NCBI GenBank assembly: GCA_008632985.1
Contig: QPGO01000113.1
Location: 64,947 to 128,946 of the forward strand
Reading direction: 5' to 3'
DNA: 64,000 bases
DNA from: Psammoneis japonica
Taxonomy: Eukaryota
The translations under genes and the position numbers were made by a program. Numbering within the stretch: position 1 is the stretch's first letter; each line of letters opens with the position of its first letter. The notes beneath the pieces were generated by a model. It saw nothing but the letters and a program-made list of their open reading frames with translations, did no database searches and was not told the DNA's origin. Shown in pieces: positions 24,484-35,837 of the stretch.

Positions 24484-26349
24484 AGGTTGTTCCATTTAAT
24501 CACAACCGAAAAATCCTCGGCATGATGATTCGAGGGGCTTTGTGAGCGATGCAACTGGCAGCCCATAGTAACTGCAAGAAATCAGATGAAGCGCTTGCGC
24601 ACAATTATTGTTCCCCGAGAAAAACCGCTAGCTAGTAGCCATACTGTAGCTAATATTTTAATTGTATTTCAGTGCAGAAGGAACTCCCTCATGGTGTAGA
24701 GTGTAGAGCCTGTCTACTAATAGCTAGTAGTGAGGTCCTGTCTCCAAGCGGCAGGCCAGTGGCTCTCAAGCGAATAACTCCAGCTGCCATATAGGCTCAG
24801 CTACTCACAGTCCTAGTAAGATGAAATCAATACAACAATACAAGATGCTTCTAAGGCTCGTTACAACTAACTTGTTGAGTTAGAAGTGAGTACATTCCTC
24901 GTCGGAACCCTCCAATACCACGTCATTGATGCCGCCGCGCATGCCACATGCCGGCATGCCATGCCACGACTGTAATTCGTGGAGCACAACGGACTGACCA
25001 TGATGCTGCTGATTTCACTCGGTCCCCTCGAAATGTACACTTCGACGTGAACCAGTAAAACCAACAAACACATACAACTCTTTAGCATGGTGGAAAACCC
25101 TCACTGGGGACAAAAGCACCACCGACAGCATGGTGTGAACCCTCACTGGGGAAGAAAGCGATGTCACTCGAACCACCTGAACACGGTGCAAACCCTCTCT
25201 TGGGAAGAAATTCACCACCGATCAGGGCCGCACTCATGCCCACACATTGAACTCAACATGTGAGTTTATCTAAAAGAAAATTCTGTTGCACTGAAGCCAT
25301 GACATTTGTGAACAGATCACTGAGATTGATCCTCCTTTGAAATCCTGGCAGCCCCCGCAGCAGCGGCTTCGCCATTGTCATGATGACATGTGATGGAGTG
25401 ATGTTTCTTCTTGAGTGCAGACTCAGGAATGGAACAATTCTTGTGCATGGCCTTGTTGTCACAAAAGACCTTGATTGGGCATCCACCCGCAAGAGGGAGG
25501 TTTTGACATTTTTTGCTGATTTTCTCCTCATGTGTTCACACGCAAATTTTTAACTAGAAATTGAACATCACATTTTGGTGAGAGAGGACGGCCAGAATTG
25601 GGATGCAAGCACAATTGAGAAGCAATTGTGTGTGTGTCAAGCAATCAAAAAGTCCAATCGGCAGCAGCCCGCATCGTCTTCTGTTGATGCCTGCAAGTGA
25701 GAATCACCCTTTCTCTCTGTCAACCTTTGCAGTCAATCGATCCAATCGTTTGCAAATCTCTCTGGAAAATGTGGTTCAGTGGCCCAGTTCAGTCCACGGT
25801 TCTCAGTCCAGCAGTCTCTACACAGCCAGAGAGAGTGAGCAGTCTAGACCCGCAATCTCTGGAGTTGACAAAAAGAACAACATTGCAGCAGGGAAGCAGC
25901 CAGAGAGAGAGGGAGAGGAGCAGTCTAGACTCACACTCCTGGAGTCGACAAAGTGCAATGGCACAGGGAGGCAGCCAGCTGCAGAGAAAGAGAGGAACAG
26001 ACTGGACCTGCAGTCTCCAGAGAGTGTGGCAGCAAAAGTGCATGGCAGGCAGCAACTCTTTGAGTGACACCATGCTTTGTTCTTTCTGTTCCTTGCTCCT
26101 CCAATCTGCGAGTTCACCTGCGACAGGTGCCCTCTCCTCTGCAGCAGCCAGAGAGAGTGCAGCCAGCTGCCAGCTGCTGCTCTCTCTGCCAGCAGCCAGA
26201 GCTGGAGGTCTGCTCTGCATGCTCTCTCTCTGCTGCAGAGCAGAGGAGAGAGAGAGAGGGTCAGCCAGGTGGGTGGGTCTCTCTTTCCTGTTGGTCTGTC
26301 TAGATGGGCATCACAGCTCACATGCCAACAGTCAGGCAGCACATGGAGA

Positions 26350-28300
26350 AGCAGAATGACGGAAAAGCTCTGCATGTTCGATGTTCGCCGACAAGGCACT
26401 GCCTCCGCCATCCCCTTCCTTGTCTCTCAACTGGCCCGCTCCTTTCGACATGCCACACATGGACCAACGACAGGCAACAATGACTCCCCAAAAATCTCCC
26501 CCTTCTGTGCCTGCTCCCTCCAAACCTGGGCCACGTCCCACCGCCCTTTGCATCTTCACCAAGTTTTCCAACACTGCAGCACAGCTGCCACGGGTGATCT
26601 TGACCCTCCCCCGCTCTCCCTCAAACACCTCGTCAAAACACACCTGCGCAACCCATGCCACACCCACTTCAAACAACAACTGGAAAACCTCCGCCAACAA
26701 GGACCATCACATGTCACCCTTGCACTCCCATCCCTCCTCTCCCCACTTGCAAGCCTCCCTCTCCACTCCCTTTCCTGCTCCTTGCCCCAACAATGCCTCA
26801 ACCCAGAGCAGCTCTGCCTCATGTGCTGCAACATGAACTGTGGCTCCCCATCTCGCCTCAACAGCCCCAATCCATTTCATGCCCCTCCTGCTCCAGCACC
26901 ATTGACCCTTGTGGCGACCACGCCTTTTGTTGCCGCTCCCTCAGACACAAATTGGCTGTGTCCAATGCCATCCAAGACAGCTTGCACATGACCCTTCAAA
27001 CACTTGCTCCTCTGTCTGGCATCTGCGCTGACTCATCCGCCATCCACCATGAACCCACCAACCTGGTCCCACATTCACCCCTTAAATGCCCCGCTGATGC
27101 AGGCGTGCAGCTCACCCCATCCGCCTCTGCTGCCTCTCCTCTTGGACACCGCTGCCTGGCAATCAACATCACCATCCCAAAACCTTCCCCATTGCCTGTT
27201 CCTGGCTTGCCTGCCCCCACCCTCAACCCTTGTGCTAAGGCACACCATGCGAGCACCAAACGGAAGTTCAACGGCACACATGAGACCCAACACGAAGCTG
27301 CCCTTGCATCTGCCCTCAACGATGCTGGCATCTGCCTCATTGCAGTGGGCATCCCTGCCACAGCTGCCAAAAATGCTGCTTTCCTGCATCTGCAGGCTGT
27401 CCACAGCAATGTTGATCCCACAGAAGTGCGCACTGGCTGGAAAATGTGACCCCTGGCATGAGACCTGCGAGAGGCTGCAGGAGGTCCATGCGACTGAGAC
27501 CGGCGCGACTGGCCATCGCGCAAGTGACTCACCTTGTGTGAAGGGTCTGCACAGGATGTGCACAGTGCCGAGCATGAGCATGTGGGTTGGCTCCACATGA
27601 GTGTCAACAAGTGTTGCAAAAGACTTGTGCTTGAGTCTTTCCAATGACTCATTGTGTGACAAGAATTCTGGTTTCTTGGAAAAGAACACCATCGCGCATT
27701 TGTGCTCCAACTAAAACAGTCTCACAATTTTCACAACACAAAAATCTCTGCATCATCACAAGTGCTTGTTTCCCTGTTTCTGCACAGGTCATCATCCCAC
27801 TCGCCATTGACCACCTGGGAGCCCCTGGCTCTGCTTCGCTCGCCGCCTTCTTTTCGGTGCCTGCCAAGAGCACCTGATCCCCGCTCCACTGGCCCCCTCC
27901 TGGACCACCAAAACCTCCTTCCAACACCCTGCCACCCATGCTGCATGCGCCTGCACCCAATCATCACTGTCAGCTGTCCTTCCCGCTGCTGCAACTGAAC
28001 TGCTTGGCAAACCATCACCGCTGAATGACTCGGCTTGGCCCGCCACGCATCCACTCCATCTCACAGTGGGGCCTTCAAAGCTTGAGCCTTGCAATCACCA
28101 AATCAATCACCAACCAATTAACCCGCTGCTCCACCAAACTACAATCCCAACTCTCTAACCCCAGCTCGAAATCCATCGCCTTTCCCACCTGCATGACTCA
28201 GCTCCACCCTTGCTCCGCGTCTGCTCCTCCCCCCGCGCCACTCCAGGTGAGCACGTTTCACGTGAACTCCTCAGGCGCGCGTACCACTCTACCCACTCTC
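26350..28300 (+). mobile_element. 5'-truncated, degenerate CRE-like (RLE-clade) non-LTR retrotransposon
   Basis: CPSC....DP(Y>C)GDHAFCC zinc knuckle, then EP....K(R>C)PAD and LAI(D>N)IT endonuclease motifs. CLI|PLAIDHLG is restored when the solo LTR is removed. Confidence 0.7.
27341..27791. mobile_element. Solo LTR (451 bp) inserted in the CRE-like element
   Basis: TG...CA termini; 4-bp TSD TCAT (27337-27340 / 27792-27795); removal restores the host reading frame. Confidence 0.7.
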
Positions 28301-28313
28301 TCTAGCTGCTCTA

Positions 28314-28629
28314 CCGTGATTATCATAGAAAATCTGTGCCAAAATCAGAATCTGTGCCTGTTTTTCAGGGCTTCAGAAAATCTGTACCTATTCTGAACGG
28401 AAATCTGGAATCTGTACCCCAGTACAAATGTACGTAGGATCTACGTAGAACGCGCCAGGCCTGACTGGGGAGGGGTTCTTCAAATCTGAGAAAACCCAAA
28501 TCCAGTTTTAGCAGAATCAGTGAAAATCTATACTTTTTGAGGATCTGTATCTATTTCTCCGGAATCCTTGAAAATCTGTACTAATTTTGAACCAAAATCT
28601 GTGGCACAGATTTTCTATGATAATCACGG
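28314..28629. mobile_element. Tc1/mariner-type MITE (316 bp)
   Basis: Perfect 28-bp TIR CCGTGATTATCATAGAAAATCTGTGCCA, TA TSD on both sides, many internal AATCTGT subterminal repeats. Confidence 0.88.
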
Positions 28630-28819
28630 TACTTTTAGAGCTAGAGTAGTAGCTACCGTACTACTAGCTAGTAGAGAGTTCCTACCGGTAGTAGCTCTAG
28701 CTAAGAGCGAGAGTAGAGGCAGCGCCGTTCCCCTAAAACCATTTTACTGTAAACACATACACACGTTGACAAGCTTTTTTGAAGCTTCCGTTGTGCCAGA
28801 TAGTTTCAGAGGTTCTCGA

Positions 28820-30435
28820 ATGGCACCTTGTTTGATCATGCCAATTTTAAAGAGAAAGCGCCCGAACGATGACGAAAGCACGTCTGTAGACACAGAGTCT
28901 GACGACAGCTCCTCCGATGCGCAGCAAAAAAGATCGAAGCCGATAAAGGGTGCCCCCAAATCCAACATTGCAAATGTCAAGCCTATGGTTGGAATGAGAC
29001 TCGAGATTCTGGATAAGGATTATATTTGGTCGGCAGCTCACCTCATTGCTGTGAGAAATGACAAAAAGAATGGCGATGTGTATGTTACGGTTCGTTGTGA
29101 CGGGTGGGGAAATGCTTGGGACGAAGAAGTGCTGTGGCCTTCAGACCGTTTGGCACGCCTTTACACGTATACCAGAAAAGTGAGGTGTTTTGTTGATTTC
29201 CTCCCCAAGAAGAGCACGAAGACCTGTAAGAAACCAAAGACTGCGGTATCTTCCCAGAACAGCAAAACAAAGACTCAGACTGTTTTTAACATGTCAAATT
29301 TATGGCCATGCGCGGTGCAGTTCCGAATGCCCCACCCGTTTACAAAGGGGGATAGCGATGAGGAGCAGTGCGCTCTTGCAGAAGAGCTGCTAAGAGTCGA
29401 AGTGAATATATTTGTGCAACCTTACGGTATAAACTACTTACCAAAGCACGTTGCAGCATCGCTCGATGCTGATGGTGGTCGATGGATTCATCACACACGG
29501 CTTCGCCTTTGGAAGGACAATCCATTAGACCAACAAGGCTTTCTTCACCAAAATTTTGAAAAAGCTTTTGAAGAAGCAAAAAATGACTCCGACGTGCCCG
29601 GATTTCTTCTCCAGAAAGCGCTAATGGACGGCTCTCTACTAGACGACGTCTTTCGCGTACGTTCTATCAATCCAGAAAATTGTTGTGGGCGGCTGATTGC
29701 CAAACCTTCCGAACATGACCGAAAGAAACTTCCTAAGCTTACCAAGGTAGTGATTGAAAAGGACAGTACGGATAAAGAAGGGAAAAGGGAATCACAGGTA
29801 TGTGCTTTGCGCTACTGCGGGTTTTGCGGCAACGATTTCATGTCAACCTTACAACTCATGTTGTGCTTCTCAACGACGCACAGCGCAAGAAATATGTGCC
29901 GTCCCCAGAGTTTCCACCACCTGTACAGATTACAGAGCCTCTGCTACCCGGCGTCGTGCGCGGCGAAAAATCAAATAAGTGGATTGCATCTCTTTCTATG
30001 GGAGGCAATGACGTGTTTCTCGGCTCGTTTCCGTCGCAGATGCAGGCGTGGAACGCGATTCAAATCGCAAAAAGTAAGCGCAGCGAGAATGAAGAAGCTG
30101 AGCTTCCCCTTGAGGCAATAATCGACGCTTCTCGCACTTCAACTGGTAGTGTTTCGGAAGCGCAATTAGCAGATATTCAAAATCTCCCCATTGAAGCTAT
30201 TATCGACGCTTCTGGCAAGTCTTCTTGCAAGTTTTCGCTGCATGACTGGACAGTGCAGCATATTCGTTACTGTACTCAGGAACGAGAAAAGGATGGATCC
30301 GAATCGATCAGCGGCGGAGATGCCGCTGAAACACCGGGTGACGCATCGCCTAGCTTTGCGAATGATGACAGCAACAAAAGAAAATCTTGCAGGCCGCGAA
30401 AAGTTGATCTAAAGAATCGTTGCTATATGGCATAG
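28820..30435 (+). CDS. Nuclear protein with Tudor/MBT/Agenet-like barrel and C-terminal AP2-like domain (exons 28820-29797, 29884-30435; alternative start 28838)
   Basis: KRKR NLS; VGMRLEILD...W.AA.......VTVRCDGW...WDE barrel motif; PGV.....KWIA......VFLGSF.S...A AP2-like motif; phase-0 GTATG...CAG intron. Confidence 0.72.
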
Positions 30436-30555
30436 ACCGCCTCTATTCTAAAAATGAGACAGGCCCGGACAAACGTTAAATCCAGGAGGCAGTGGCGAGA
30501 CAAACAGACAAGAAAAGCAAATGGTACCGGTAGTGCAAGGACACTACTCGTAATG

Positions 30556-31692
30556 CTAGTAGGCGGATTGCCCCTTGCTAGAATCACTCGTAACCACTTT
30601 CATTTCTCGATTGTCTCGCACGAACACGACGCTGCCATCTGGGTTCCCATTGACCGCAACAAGGAAACCGTCTTTTCCGTTCGATTCAGCGGTTAGACTG
30701 ATTTCGATTTCAAATGGCGCCATGACTTTGGCGTCCAACAACTCTGAGAGTTGCTTCAGCTCGGACGCAAAGGATCCAATCGTGTCCTTTCGATGATGTT
30801 GGGCGTAATAAACCTGCATCGCCGCAAATCTCGCCGGCCAAGATGGATCGCGAATGGTAGGTGAATTTCGATTTTCATCCCCAAACACCACATATCCCCA
30901 TGCATCCGGTAGATGCATGTTCACAAAGCCATTGTATCGATGCTTCTCTGGATTCCACACAATTTGAGCGCCCCATGTCCAATTTATGTCGCCTTGTCGT
31001 TCCACTCTGCTAAAATTAATCCGCCAATGCGTTCCAACGTCCGGAATTTGACGACGCTTCGAATAAGATAAGGTTTCTTTGTGTGCTAACGCAATTTCGA
31101 CTGACCACGTTGCCCCCTTTTCTGGATCATTCAACGACCCAGAGAGCAAGCGGGTAGCTGTTTTCTGCTTGCACACGTCGTAATAAAGTGCTTCTCCAGG
31201 CTTGGCAACCCTTCCAGAGTGTTCCACTCCTCCATCGATGTATGTGTGATCAAGCATAAGATTCCAAACCGTGTTAATAGCATTCAATTCGAGTTCTTTG
31301 TAGTTCGTGTTTTTCCCCTCCGCATCCACAAAGACCTCAAAATCCGAGTCTCGCTGAAAGATTGGAGAATTCCTTTCGGTAAACGTCGCAATGGTTTCCA
31401 TATCACTTGTGAGAATTGCTCCAATGTACAGATATGTGTCGTCCCACATCATCTTGAAACGTGTCTGACACGCTTTCGAAGGGCGATCTATAGGTGGAGC
31501 GTCATCTGGCCCTCGAATGTCATCAAAAACTTCTGAGAAAGGCGCTTTCGACCAGATCTCTTTTGTTAAATCCCCATCAACCATATCAATGGAAGGAAAA
31601 TGTACCCTTGGAGCAACATAGGAACGGGGATAGTGCGACCAGTGGACGGCGAACGGTGAGGCTGACGACTCCATGCCGTTTACCGCCGTCAT
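30556..31692 (-). CDS. Carbohydrate-binding family 9-like (DOMON-fold) protein
   Basis: WDD.YLYI.A, IF..D.DFEVFVD, ELE.NA.NTVW.L.L, W.VEIA, WRINFSRV, NMH.P..WGYV.F motifs; intronless. Confidence 0.82.
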   Translation of the reverse strand: MTAVNGMESSASPFAVHWSHYPRSYVAPRVHFPSIDMVDGDLTKEIWSKAPFSEVFDDIRGPDDAPPIDRPSKACQTRFKMMWDDTYLYIGAILTSDMETIATFTERNSPIFQRDSDFEVFVDAEGKNTNYKELELNAINTVWNLMLDHTYIDGGVEHSGRVAKPGEALYYDVCKQKTATRLLSGSLNDPEKGATWSVEIALAHKETLSYSKRRQIPDVGTHWRINFSRVERQGDINWTWGAQIVWNPEKHRYNGFVNMHLPDAWGYVVFGDENRNSPTIRDPSWPARFAAMQVYYAQHHRKDTIGSFASELKQLSELLDAKVMAPFEIEISLTAESNGKDGFLVAVNGNPDGSVVFVRDNREMKVVTSDSSKGQSAY

Positions 31693-31940
31693 TTTGATGT
31701 GTACCGTACAAAGTTACACGAGAAAGATTTTCGAAATCTTTTATTTATACCAATGTACAAGAACCAATAAATACATATTTTAAACTTCATGTTCAATGAT
31801 TATTAACTTTCAATGAAGTGAATAACGGCTTTCGCGCAAGCTCAAGTCAAAATTCCAAATTGGTACATACTCGGGAGTATCAAGAAATATGAGATTATTT
31901 TGTCACTTCAAACGATGCTCATCATCTTAGCTAGAGGTAC

Positions 31941-34900
31941 ATATGGCTGGAATTTTGCTGTCGCTATGTGAAGTAGGATTCTACCTAATGTAGTATAAAA
32001 TGTAATTAGCTCTCAAATGTTGATAGTGAGCAAGATCAACCGTTATATCTTTGTCCCCATACAAATTCTACAGCGGCTACTGATTTCGAAAATTCATGCA
32101 ACGCTTCGAAGCATTACAACATCGCCTTCGGCGACGCTGTTGATGCAAACTTGAAAGCAAAAGCAACAGCACACCGGTGCGTCTTGTCGAGTGCAATGGG
32201 TCCAAACATTACAGACCTCCCAGTTGGGAGTGGGTCCAAATTCATGGACCCTCTTTGTGTCCTCAACACATCCATCATCAACTGCATGGCAAGCCTGAGT
32301 GTGCCGTGGTGCTCTCTTTGCAAACTTGCGTGTGTGCTTGACAACACCTCATCCAACAAGCAGTGCCCAACCGATTTCTTGAAATTCTCTTTTCCCATTT
32401 TCTGTGACAGGAAAAGGTTTCGACACTTGCCTTTTGCACAAGCCCAAAGATGTTCTGCGCATTCCCACGCCAATTCAGAGCGGCGCTTTGGAGCCAAGAC
32501 CACACGCACTCCCGCGCGATGTGCGTGATGCTGAAGTGGTGCAGCTCCTTTCAAGATGTCCGCACAAGAGGCAAGCATCTCCACAGGAAGAGTGCGCAAT
32601 GAAGCACTGTCGCACTTTGAGCTGCGGGACAATTGTTGCCAGCTGCTGGTGCCTCTGATGCCGTCGTCGCTTGGTGCCACCCTTGGCGCCACCCTTGGCT
32701 TTGCTCTCTTCTGCCGACACCACGTGGGCAGGCAGGGCCTGGACCCATTCGTTCTTGAATGCAAACAAGCTGTTCCAGAGCTGCGGCAGCAGTGCCTGCA
32801 CTCCTTCGATTGGCTCAGCAGTGTTGTTTGGGGTGTGCGCTCAGAGACCAAACTTGCACCCACTCCTGTCTGCCTGCTGCTCAAACCAAACACACATCCA
32901 TTGGTGGAGAAGGCACAAGTGGCCAATTTGTTCCCAAAGCGAGCAGACGGCAGTGCAGACAAGCCCCTGGCAGTGTGACAACGAGCCATCATCATTGGCG
33001 ATTCAAAAGTGTGATGTCAATTGATCGACAGAAAGCTGCAATCCTTGAAATCGTCTCGTCCTAAATTGTGCCCATTGAAAGTGCTCCCACTATGCCCTTG
33101 CTGATGCTTGGTGGCAAAGAACAACCAGGTTTGCAAGATCATGACAAATGTCAATGTTTTTTGCCAAAGACTTGGATCCGACAAAGTGGCTGAGATTCTC
33201 GTGTCCAAACGGAGGTTCGGGAGTTTGCAGTCCTTAAAACGTCTTGCAGGTTGGTGCAGAACCAGGATGCACGGGCTTTAATTTTGTCCTTGAGTTGCTT
33301 CAAGCAACTTGTAAAGTCGGAAAAGGGGCTGGGCTTGACCACCATGTTGGCACTCCGTTTCGCACAAATTCGCCCCGTCAGCAACAATGTTGCTCTCTTC
33401 CATCAAACTCGAAACCCCGCACCCCGTTGATGCTGCCACACGGCTTCTTCAATTGTCCACCCCTGTTTTCGACTCTCTCATCATTGATGTTGAATTTTGC
33501 ATTGCAGCACTCTGCCCACAGGTCCGCTGGCATCCGTTGATTCTGAATGCGAGAATCCAAGAACAGCCAATGCATGTGTTTTGACACGAACGATTTTCGG
33601 ACATCAGACATGATGGGTTTTTGCACTTCGGCCCTCAGGGAGCTTCGCAGGTGGGTTGGTGAGGTGGGTGCAGGTCGCAGTGCTAAAAGCCATGGATTTT
33701 CAAGAAGCTGTGAGCATCATCGTCAAGCAACCGGGCACGCGACAATTCTCGTGCTTTTTGTTTTCCCTCCAACAAAATGAACTTCAACTTGGTGCCATGG
33801 CTGAAATTGATTTTTAGAAATTCGGAGTGGATTTCTGCACAGTCAGTGCAACACGTCACCAAGTTGAAGTTCATTTTGTTGGAGGGAAAACAAAAAGCAC
33901 GAGAATTGTCACGTGCCCGGTTGCTTGACGACGATGCTCACAGCTTCTTGAAAATCCATGGCTTTTGGCACTGCGACCTGCACCCACCTCACCAACCCAC
34001 CTGCAAAGCTCCCTGAGGGCCGAAGTGCAAAAACCCATCATGTCCAATGTCCGAAAATCGTTCGTGTCAAAACACATGCATCGACTGTTCTTGGATTCTC
34101 GCGCTCAGAATCAACGGATGCCTCCGTTTGGACACGAGAATCTCAACCACTTTGTCGGGTCCAAGTCTTTGGCAAAAAACATTGACACTTGTCATGATCT
34201 TGCAAACCCAAGTTGTTTTTTGCCGCCGAGCATCAGCAAGGGCATCATGGGAGCACTTTTGACGGGTGCAATTTAGGATGAGACGATTTGAGGATTGCAG
34301 CTTTCTGTCAATCAATTGACATCATGCTTTTGAATTGCCAATGATGATGGCTCATTGTTGTGCTGCCAGAGGCTTGTCCACACTGCCGTCTGCACGCTTT
34401 AAGAATGAATTGGCTGCTTGCGCCTTCTCTGCCAACAGATGCATGTTTGGTTTCAGCAGCAGGTGGACAGGAGCGGGTGCAAGTTTCGTCTCTGAATGCA
34501 CACCCCAAACAACGCTGCCAAGCCAGCCGAAGGAGTGCAAGCGCTGCCATCGCAGCTCTGGAACAGTTTGTTTGTGTTCAAGAATGAATGGGTCCAGGCC
34601 CTGCCTGCCCACGTGGTGTCGGCAGAAGAGAGCAAAGCCAAGGGTGGCACCAAGCAACGACGGCACCAGAGGCGCCAGCAACTGACGACGATTGTTTCAC
34701 AACTCAAGATGCAGCAGCGCTTCAGCGCACACTCTTCCTGTGGAGATGCTTGCCACTTGTGAAGATTTCTTGAAAGGAGCTGTGCCACTTCAGCATCGCG
34801 CACATCGCATGGGAGTGCGCGTGATCTTGACTCCAAAGCGTCACTCTGGGTTGGCACGGGCAGGCACAGAGTGTCTTTGGGCTTGTGCAAAAGGCAAGCA

Positions 34901-35383
34901 TCGAAACCTTTTCCTGTCACAGAAAATGGGAAAAGAGAATTTCAAGAAATCAGTTGGGCACTGCTTGTTGGATGAGGTGTTGTCAAGCGCAAACGCAAGT
35001 TTGCAAAAAGAGCACCACGGCGCACCCAGGCTTGCCGCGCAACTGATGATGGTGTGTTGAGGGCACCAAGAGGGTCCATGAATTTGGACCCACTCCCAAC
35101 TGGGAGGTCTGTAACATTTGGACCCGTTGCACTCGACAAGACGCACCGGTGCGCTGTTGCTTTTGCTTTCAAGTTTGCATCAACAGCGTCGCCGAAGGCG
35201 ATGTTGTCATGCTTCGAAGCGTTGCATGAATTTTCGAAATCACGTAGCCGCTGTAGAATTTGTATGGGGACAAAGATATAACGGTTGATCTTGCTCACTA
35301 TCAACATTTGAGAGCTAATTACATTTTATGCTAGATTGCGTAGAATCCTACTCCACATAGCGGCAGCGAAATTCCAGCCATAT
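31941..35383. mobile_element. Foldback / long inverted-repeat element (arms 31941-33794 and 33857-35383, 62-bp spacer)
   Basis: The arms are reverse complements from ATATGGCTGGAATTT... to ...CAACTTGGTG. The right arm lacks ~315 bp (33215-33530). Possible TA TSD. Each arm carries the same degenerate outward-reading ORF. Confidence 0.88.
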
Positions 35384-35837
35384 TTTTTTTTTTTCTGAGA
35401 GTTTTTCACTTTAACTTCACGATAAGGAGACATGAGTCTACTTTCAACTTTATATGAAGCCTCTCTCTTTGCGTACAAATAGAATATCGTGCAACAAATG
35501 GAATATCGAGCAAGAATATCGGCACTGTCTGTCCATTGCATGATTCAAAATCGTTCTCTCATTCCCATGGCGCCTTGAGAACACAGTATTGTCCCGTAGC
35601 TAGCTATGTCCCATTTGAGATCGTGCCACTTTCGAGCCACAAATTGACTAAAATGCAGCAGCGCGTGGCGCAATTTCTTTGCAAAATATTTCTTCTCCTA
35701 ATGCTAAAGTTTGAAGTGAACTACAAATATGAACATGGACGAAAACCCACATTACACTACGTCTCATCGAGAGCAACTGCATCTCGAAACGCATGTACCT
35801 TGAAAGGAACTCTTGGGACATGACACAACCTCCTATT

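Noticed and set aside
28568..28819. N-terminal extension of the 517-aa ORF (similarly 3821-4003, 7529-7582, 13183-13218)
   Set aside because: Starts at a non-ATG codon or inside MITE/low-complexity or TE-derived DNA; downstream ATGs fit better.
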